A stretch of 64,000 nucleotides of DNA from an uncultured Bdellovibrionales bacterium (GTDB lineage Bacteria; Patescibacteriota; Minisyncoccia; Moranbacterales; UBA1568), in assembly GCA_964604195.1 (NCBI GenBank), contig CAZRXW010000001.1:2358-66357 (forward strand). Direction: 5' to 3'. Positions 58,070 through 64,000 of the stretch are shown here, one piece after another. Under the pieces are notes generated by a model. That model worked only from the letters and a program-made list of their open reading frames with translations, did not search any database and was not told where the DNA came from. A program made the position numbers and the translations under genes. How positions within the stretch are numbered: the first letter of the stretch is position 1; every line of letters begins with the position of its first letter.

Positions 58070-58129
58070 CTTTTAAGCCAACGGTCGAGGGTTTCCGTCC
58101 GAAGGAGGACGCTTCCCCCCCGCACCCAC
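58070..58129 (+). repeat. Duplicated tRNA-Lys 3' half with T-loop hairpin insert
   Basis: 58070-58093 = 58005-58028 (24 nt) and 58113-58129 = 58032-58048 (17 nt); CGA replaced by TCCGTCCGAAGGAGGACGC. Confidence 0.88.
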
Positions 58130-58170
58130 CCTTATCTCCTCATGGTATACTAGAGGAAAGTCAAAAATGT

Positions 58171-59304
58171 ATGCGTATACTTTCTTTAGGTGGCCTCTTG
58201 TTTTCGTTTGTAGTTTTATCTGGTTGTTCACTTACTCCACCTCAAATTGGTGGTGGGGGAAATAATAACGATGGTACCCGTAACCCTTTTCAGGCCAAGG
58301 CTATCCCGGGATCAATTTGGCGTTCTACCGATGGTGGAAAAACGTTCGAACCAAAAGTGACTGTTGATGAGAAACGTAAAATTACTTCAGCCCAGGTACT
58401 GGATATCTCATTTCTGCTCCGAGATACTTCGGGGAATCTTGATGTGAAGCGTGCGCCAAGTGTATTTGTGGGAACAGTAGATAATGGGATCTTTAAATCC
58501 AACGATAGTGGAGAAGGATGGGAACCTCGCGAATTTCCTCCCAAAAAAGTCTATCGTTTCACAGCTGACTCCACCAATCCTGATCGTATGTTTGCAACAG
58601 GTGTGGTTGCTAATTTTGGCAAGGTTTTTCGGACAAAAGATGGTGGTGAGACATGGCAAGATGTTTACACTGAGCCAGGCGCAGGGACAGTTATTGTTTC
58701 ACTAGCGCAGTCCCGCTGGGATTCAGAAACTATTTTTATTGGAACGAGTACGGGGACTATTGTGCGCAGTAGTGATGGTGGTGATACCTGGAAAAATGTT
58801 GGGAGTGGTATTGATGGTCCCATTACGGAGATAGTATTTGATGCCTCTGTGAGAACTCGCTTATATGCACTGGTCTTTGATAAGAAGATCTATCGCTCAG
58901 ATGATGGGGGATTGACATGGACTGATCCGCTTCTTGAAGTGAAGGATCCTATTCCGACAGCTACCAATGTGATTGGTCAGGTATCGCTCGTAGCGGACCC
59001 ATATCACTCGGGTCGTCTCTATGTAGGGACCAAAAAAGGTCTCTACCGGAGTACGGATACCGGTATACATTGGGAGAAGATGAATATTATTGAAAGTGCT
59101 GAGAAGTTTCCTATTAGGGCGATTGCCATTAATCCCAAGAATTCCAACGAAATCAGTTTTGTGTCTGGACATACTTTCTATAAGTCAACCAATAGTGGTG
59201 ATACATGGTCAGTAGTGCCACTGGATGTTGACAGGGAGGTGTCGGTACTCGCTTATGACCCTTTTGATCCGACGGTGCTTTATCTGGGACTCCGTAAATT
59301 CTAA
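58171..59304 (+). CDS. Lipoprotein with BNR/Asp-box repeats (YCF48/sortilin-like beta-propeller)
   Basis: Lipobox LSGC; repeated S.DGG.TW Asp-boxes. Confidence 0.85.
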   Translation: MRILSLGGLLFSFVVLSGCSLTPPQIGGGGNNNDGTRNPFQAKAIPGSIWRSTDGGKTFEPKVTVDEKRKITSAQVLDISFLLRDTSGNLDVKRAPSVFVGTVDNGIFKSNDSGEGWEPREFPPKKVYRFTADSTNPDRMFATGVVANFGKVFRTKDGGETWQDVYTEPGAGTVIVSLAQSRWDSETIFIGTSTGTIVRSSDGGDTWKNVGSGIDGPITEIVFDASVRTRLYALVFDKKIYRSDDGGLTWTDPLLEVKDPIPTATNVIGQVSLVADPYHSGRLYVGTKKGLYRSTDTGIHWEKMNIIESAEKFPIRAIAINPKNSNEISFVSGHTFYKSTNSGDTWSVVPLDVDREVSVLAYDPFDPTVLYLGLRKF

Positions 59305-59329
59305 ATTCTGTATTTAATGAAAAACCTAT

Positions 59330-59887
59330 ATGGCTCAAGCAATGATTGAAGCAAAGCGTGGAGATTTTGATAAGGCAGTGGGCTTCCTTGAGGGAGAGCT
59401 TCTTAAACTCCGTACCGGCAGAGCCCATCCAGGACTCGTTGAGGATCTCCTGGTTGATTACTATGGCACCATGACGCCTATCAAACAGATGGCGAGTGTC
59501 TCGGTGCCTGAGCCACGTCAAATCCTCATCTCACCGTGGGACAAAGGGGCATTAGCTAAAATTGAGGCGACAATTAGGGAGTCTGATCTGGGTCTCAATC
59601 CGCTCAATGATGGGGTAGGGGTCCGGGTAGTTCTTCCAGCTCTCACAGAAGAACGGCGCAAGGATCTTGTGAAGGTGCTCAATACTAAGGCTGAAGAGGC
59701 TCGTATTGCTATTCGTTCAGTGCGTGAAGATATCTGGAAAGATATTCAGGAGGCTGAACAAAATGGCGAAATGGGTGAGGATGAGAAATTTCGCGGAAAA
59801 GAAGATTTGCAGAAGGTTGTTGATGAATACAATGCTCGGATTGAGGGGTTGCGCGACAAGAAGGAACAAGAAATCATGACTGTCTAA
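59330..59887 (+). CDS. frr: Ribosome recycling factor
   Basis: LRTGRA, DYYG, GLNP, PALTEERRK. Confidence 0.97.
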   Translation: MAQAMIEAKRGDFDKAVGFLEGELLKLRTGRAHPGLVEDLLVDYYGTMTPIKQMASVSVPEPRQILISPWDKGALAKIEATIRESDLGLNPLNDGVGVRVVLPALTEERRKDLVKVLNTKAEEARIAIRSVREDIWKDIQEAEQNGEMGEDEKFRGKEDLQKVVDEYNARIEGLRDKKEQEIMTV

Positions 59888-59892
59888 CGCGT

Positions 59893-61041
59893 ATGTTGAC
59901 CGCTATTGTCTTTATTCTCATTCTTGGGGTACTTATTTTTGTCCATGAGCTCGGGCATTTTCTCACGGCCAGGCGAAATGGTATCAAGGCCGAAGAGTTT
60001 GGTTTCGGCTTCCCCCCAAGAGTATTTGGATTCGTGTTCGATGACTTTACCAAGAAGTATCGCTGGGTGAAGGGGAATGAAAATGTCGAAAGTCCCCATA
60101 CGGTTTTTTCGCTGAACTGGATTCCGCTTGGTGGCTTTGTTCGTATCAAGGGTGAAGATCGTGAGAGTGAAACAGCCAATGATCCAGATAGCTTTGTGAA
60201 TAAAAGTGCCTGGGTTCGCTTCAAGGTGCTCGTGGCTGGTGTTGTCATGAATTTTTTCTTGGCGTGGATTCTCTTTTCGGCGGTGCTCATGCTCGGGTTT
60301 CCAGAACAGATTAATCCTGCTGATCGGGGAGAGTACGCCGTGACTCAGGTGCAGATTTTGCAGATACAGCCAGGTACTCCAGCCGAGACTATGGGGCTTT
60401 TAGCTGGTGATGTGTTGCTCCAGCTTGATACTACAGCGGTCAAGAATCTTGGTATTGTGACTGAATATATTGCTGCCCATAAAGGAAAAGAAATTGCTGT
60501 TACTGTAAAACGAGGAGACAAGACGCTTGTCTTTACAGGGGTGCCGCGAATGGAAGCTCCTCAGGGTGAGGGAGCACTGGGGATTAGTTTTTCAGAAACA
60601 GCTATCGTCAGGTATTCATTCTTTGAAGCCATCTGGAAAGGGCTAGAACAAACCTATCTCAAGACAACTGAGATACTTATGGTGTTGGCTCAGACAGTCG
60701 GCAGTCTCTTTACTGGATCAAAGGCGAGTGTAGATATTGCTGGACCGGTAGGTATCGTCTATCTCACCAAGCAGATGACCGAGCTTGGTCTCGTGTATCT
60801 CCTCTATTTTGCAGCGATTCTTTCTATCAATCTGGGGATCATCAATGCACTTCCTATCCCAGCCCTTGATGGTGGTCGTATCTTGTTTGTGCTCATCGAA
60901 AAGCTCAAGGGTTCACCAGTATCTCAAAAAGTGGAGGGGTATGTTCATCAAATTGGCTTCATGCTCCTTCTGTTCTTGATGCTTTGGGTAACATTTTACG
61001 ATATTCTTCGTTTTGATATCTTTGGCAAATTCTTTGGTTAG
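59893..61041 (+). CDS. rseP: RIP metalloprotease RseP with PDZ domain
   Basis: HELGH, PLGGFV, GPVGI, NALPIPALDGG. Confidence 0.95.
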   Translation: MLTAIVFILILGVLIFVHELGHFLTARRNGIKAEEFGFGFPPRVFGFVFDDFTKKYRWVKGNENVESPHTVFSLNWIPLGGFVRIKGEDRESETANDPDSFVNKSAWVRFKVLVAGVVMNFFLAWILFSAVLMLGFPEQINPADRGEYAVTQVQILQIQPGTPAETMGLLAGDVLLQLDTTAVKNLGIVTEYIAAHKGKEIAVTVKRGDKTLVFTGVPRMEAPQGEGALGISFSETAIVRYSFFEAIWKGLEQTYLKTTEILMVLAQTVGSLFTGSKASVDIAGPVGIVYLTKQMTELGLVYLLYFAAILSINLGIINALPIPALDGGRILFVLIEKLKGSPVSQKVEGYVHQIGFMLLLFLMLWVTFYDILRFDIFGKFFG

Positions 61042-61118
61042 AATATGGCTTATTTTAGCCAAAAATAGAGATATAAAGTCTTTCTACCTTCCCCCTATCG
61101 ATAGCTTCGGTGGGGGGA

Positions 61119-61147
61119 TTGACTTTTTATCAAAATTTTGCTATTAT
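61119..61147 (+). promoter_or_regulatory. Sigma70 promoter
   Basis: TTGACT-17 bp-TATTAT with extended TG. Confidence 0.55.
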
Positions 61148-61175
61148 CATAAGTCAGTTTTAATTGGAGCCAATT

Positions 61176-61799
61176 ATGCCATCAATTGATTTTTTGCGTA
61201 TTTTGAGCGAGAAAAAAGGGAGCTTGCTCTTGGCGGGTATTTTTTTCGCCGCATCAGCCTTCTTTGCCGTAACGATTCTTTCTCCTCGAGTCAAAACAAC
61301 GACTGATTTTATGGTAGTGCAGACTACGGCTCAGTCACAGGATTTTTATTCCCTGTTTAAATCCTCTGAGTATCTTGGCCGAGTATTGGCCCAAGCTATT
61401 GGGAGTGAGCGTTTTATTGATGCCGTTATTGAAACCGGTAAAGTCGAGAAAGGATTTCTTCCAGTAGAAAAAAGTGAGCGACTCAAGACTTGGCGTGAAA
61501 TGGTTACGGTAAAAAGCGATGCTGAGCTCGGGATGATGTCGGTGGTGATCAAGGCTGATACCGATCGTGAAGCTGGAAAGATTATGCAGGCAGTATCAGA
61601 GGTGCTGACGACCAAGAATGCTGCATTCCGAGGTGGTGATGAAAAGGCGGTAGAAATTAGAGTGCTGTCTGGTCCTATTACTGAACGGAACCCGGAACCC
61701 AAAGAACTTATTCTCGTTATTATGGTTGCTTTTATGAGTGGTGTAGCCCTCATGACAACACTACGAGTAGTGCAGAAAGCTATTAAGAGGGGATACTAA
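61176..61799 (+). CDS. Wzz/CapA-like polysaccharide chain-length regulator
   Basis: N- and C-terminal TM helices around a soluble loop, proline motif before the last TM. Confidence 0.65.
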   Translation: MPSIDFLRILSEKKGSLLLAGIFFAASAFFAVTILSPRVKTTTDFMVVQTTAQSQDFYSLFKSSEYLGRVLAQAIGSERFIDAVIETGKVEKGFLPVEKSERLKTWREMVTVKSDAELGMMSVVIKADTDREAGKIMQAVSEVLTTKNAAFRGGDEKAVEIRVLSGPITERNPEPKELILVIMVAFMSGVALMTTLRVVQKAIKRGY

Positions 61800-61917
61800 G
61801 AGAGCGCTGCTCTCTCCTCTCGAGAGACTCTGAAGGTTCAGGTTTTCTCGAGAGGAAAGATTCGACCAAGTACCTAAAAATCCTACTTATCTTCAATCTT
61901 ATCAATGGAGGTCTCTC

Positions 61918-62763
61918 ATGAGGCTTGCTCCCTGGATACTGAGCTTGGCTATCGCTCTGCTTACGGGTTGTTCTTCTTTGCCACGTGATAGTGGCTTCGA
62001 AGTGCGGACCGTCGAGCCGATGGGTCGCCAAGATCCCTGGCAGAACCGTGCGATCAACCTCGCGCCGTTCACGCCGAAGGGTGTGGCAGTTCTCTATGTC
62101 CGGCTCCCGCAGCCGATACCGAGTTTCTGGCGACAGGAATTCGTCGACCCGGCACGGGTGTACGAAACGACCGAGGCAGGCCGCAAGGTTCGCCAACCGC
62201 TCGTACGAGAAGTCTTCCGGGCCATCGTCATGAGGAATGGGGTGACTCAAACTCATGACGCCGTGGTGGACCGCGAAGGTCGAGGGTTCCTCGTCTTCGC
62301 GCTGCTTACCGTAGCCGACACACTTCCGGGCCAGTCGCTCCTCATCCTGTCTTCGGACGGGAAATGGGGTATGACGAGCCTGGGAGAGCGTGTCGAGTTT
62401 CCTTCGGGTTTCGACCCGCGGGCAGTTCCCAGTGACTTCTTCGTCCAGCACCGCTCACCGATTACGCAAGTAATTCGGCTCGAGCCGGCAAAGGACGAGT
62501 ACGCCCGGCGTGTCCTTGATGGTCTTGCGCAAAGTTTCCCCAAGCTGTTCTGGCTGAGGGGGAAAGACGAATCCTATGCCGGGAAACCGGATGTGGCCGA
62601 TGTCCTTGCGCAATTCACCTCCCTCGAGGGAGTAGCTGACAAACTGCTCACCTGTACCAGTCTCAAGGCTGGTCCGGCGACGGCAGCAGCGCTCCCACTC
62701 GTCGCGACGCTCTACGGCATCCAAGCCGTGCGAGCGCTCAGCGTTGATGACTGCCTGAAATAA
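61918..62763 (+). CDS. Hypothetical lipoprotein
   Basis: GGAGG RBS, lipobox LLTGC, GC-rich codon usage. Confidence 0.75.
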   Translation: MRLAPWILSLAIALLTGCSSLPRDSGFEVRTVEPMGRQDPWQNRAINLAPFTPKGVAVLYVRLPQPIPSFWRQEFVDPARVYETTEAGRKVRQPLVREVFRAIVMRNGVTQTHDAVVDREGRGFLVFALLTVADTLPGQSLLILSSDGKWGMTSLGERVEFPSGFDPRAVPSDFFVQHRSPITQVIRLEPAKDEYARRVLDGLAQSFPKLFWLRGKDESYAGKPDVADVLAQFTSLEGVADKLLTCTSLKAGPATAAALPLVATLYGIQAVRALSVDDCLK

Positions 62764-62899
62764 GGCAGAGAAAGGAGTCCGCTCATATGAGCAGCTCAAC
62801 TGTTTCAACCCGTTACCGGGACGAAGCGTGGGCTGCTCCTTGTGGCCCACCTTTGCTCCTGGATTCTTCAACTGAACCCATGCCCGAAGGAGGCACCAA

Positions 62900-64000
62900 A
62901 TGAAGTCAACTTCAAGAGTGGCAGCAGCAGCGGCCACACTCATCAACCCGCGAACGGTGATGCCTCTGGCAGCTATCGTTGCAGCGAGTCTCTTGGCAAC
63001 CTTCACCCAGGTGGTGAAGAGTGCTGGGCAGACAGCTTCAGCAGCCGCCAGTACTCCAGCCGTTCAGGCGTCGGCACCAGCTCGGGCAGCGAGTGCTCCG
63101 GCAGTTGCCGCGAGCACACCGCAGCCCCGGGCTCCGAAGCCTGCAGCGGTGACTACCACCGCTACCTCGACCGATGTCTACTATCTGACCCCCGGCAGTT
63201 CGCTGTCGGCAGCCTTCGGCAAGGGGTGGAAGAAGGTGTGTGACGCCAGTCACCTCCGCCAATGCGGAATCGTCCGACCGACGGATCCGCTGAGTGTTCC
63301 TGCCGACGTGAAAATCGTCGACGGGACCAAGCTGCGGGCGAAGCCAGCGGCTCAAGTAGCGGTCAAGCGTGCAGTGTCCAGGGACGCAAGTCCTCAAGCA
63401 ACGCGCGTTGTCCGCCGGGCAGTGATGCGGGAGCAATCCTGCATTACGCTCGGAGTGGCGCCGTGGAATCCTGATGGAGACCTCGCGCGTACTTTGGCGG
63501 GCATCGACCAGATGCAATCGCTGACGCCTGAGCAAAAGGCGCTGGTGAAGACCAAGGTCAAGGCTGGTGAATGGACGACGGAAAACGAGCTCGTTGGGAC
63601 GCAAGTCTTCGGCGAAATGCTCTACGCGGGTGCTCATTCAGGCAAAGCCCAATCTGTCCGTGGCAAGCCGCTCTGCACACCTGAACAAGGTGGGCAACCG
63701 GAAGTCATGAACACGATCGATCTGGGAGATGGGGTTCATTTCTCCCTCCCACGTCGGTGCAAGAACCCGAGCGTGTTCACACGCCCGATCGTTCCGCAAC
63801 CGCGACAGCCTGAACCCGAGTCGCCACCGCCAGACCAGCCACCGCCACCGCCAGACCAGCCACCGCCACCGCCAGACCAGCCCACAACTCCTCCAGTCGT
63901 GGCAGCCCCTCGGGGTATGTGCGACTTCGTCGATGTGGCCGGGGCACTGGGTCAACACCATGTGCCACGCCAGAACGGTGACAAGGCTAGCTCAGACTTT
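62900..64000 (+). CDS. Exported Ala/Pro-rich protein with degenerate LysM-like segment (runs off window; absent from ORF track)
   Basis: AAGGAGG RBS, ATG 62900, frame open to 64000: MKSTSRVAAAAATL..YYLTPGSSLSAAFG..VRPTDPLSVP..PPPDQPPPPPDQ. Confidence 0.75.
   Translation, partial: MKSTSRVAAAAATLINPRTVMPLAAIVAASLLATFTQVVKSAGQTASAAASTPAVQASAPARAASAPAVAASTPQPRAPKPAAVTTTATSTDVYYLTPGSSLSAAFGKGWKKVCDASHLRQCGIVRPTDPLSVPADVKIVDGTKLRAKPAAQVAVKRAVSRDASPQATRVVRRAVMREQSCITLGVAPWNPDGDLARTLAGIDQMQSLTPEQKALVKTKVKAGEWTTENELVGTQVFGEMLYAGAHSGKAQSVRGKPLCTPEQGGQPEVMNTIDLGDGVHFSLPRRCKNPSVFTRPIVPQPRQPEPESPPPDQPPPPPDQPPPPPDQPTTPPVVAAPRGMCDFVDVAGALGQHHVPRQNGDKASSDF
63822..63882 (+). repeat. 21-bp tandem repeat, about 3 copies, encoding PPPPPDQ-type linker
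   Basis: CGCCACCGCCAGACCAGCCAC repeated. Confidence 0.9.

Noticed and set aside
52146-58129. Prophage or integrative island between the tRNAs
   Set aside because: No integrase or phage genes; each duplication lies under 100 bp from its own tRNA; serS lies within the interval
1-64000. Alternative genetic code 25 (UGA = Gly)
   Set aside because: Conserved genes are full length under code 11, and TGA ends several genes at ATGA overlaps

Overview
Chromosomal window, almost all + strand and genetic code 11. The gene content (DUF4012, PaaX/Cas2-like regulator, PsbP-like surface protein, short non-discriminating AspRS, few Shine-Dalgarno sites) suggests a Patescibacteria/CPR bacterium (Parcubacteria, Moranbacteria-like); this assignment is inference. 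Core genes: pheT, aspS, rfbC/B/D/A, glyA, galU, murJ, lepA, trxA, mltG, dnaJ (CIRCE), recJ, rnhA, a MacAB-like ABC system, PBP1A, mreBCD-mrdA, greA, lysS, serS, frr, rseP, tRNA-Val(CAC) and tRNA-Lys(TTT). Most notable: (1) the RNase P RNA gene (about 1638-2344) carries a small GIY-YIG nuclease ORF in its P19 position, bounded by a perfect 20-bp inverted repeat, and a second ORF-less insert at P15/P16 bounded by a 16-bp inverted repeat with the same CCCGCACCTTTT core; (2) both tRNAs are followed by a duplicated 3' fragment with a short GC-rich insert in the T-loop; (3) a compact cassette of Cys-rich membrane protein, divergent PurD-like ATP-grasp ligase, EamA exporter, multi-TM histidine kinase and receiver protein that resembles a make-export-sense signalling module; (4) a PaaX/Cas2-like gene bracketed by two inverted 36-bp palindromes. 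Also a frameshifted rfbD, an orphan Rieske oxygenase and GC-rich accessory surface-protein genes.
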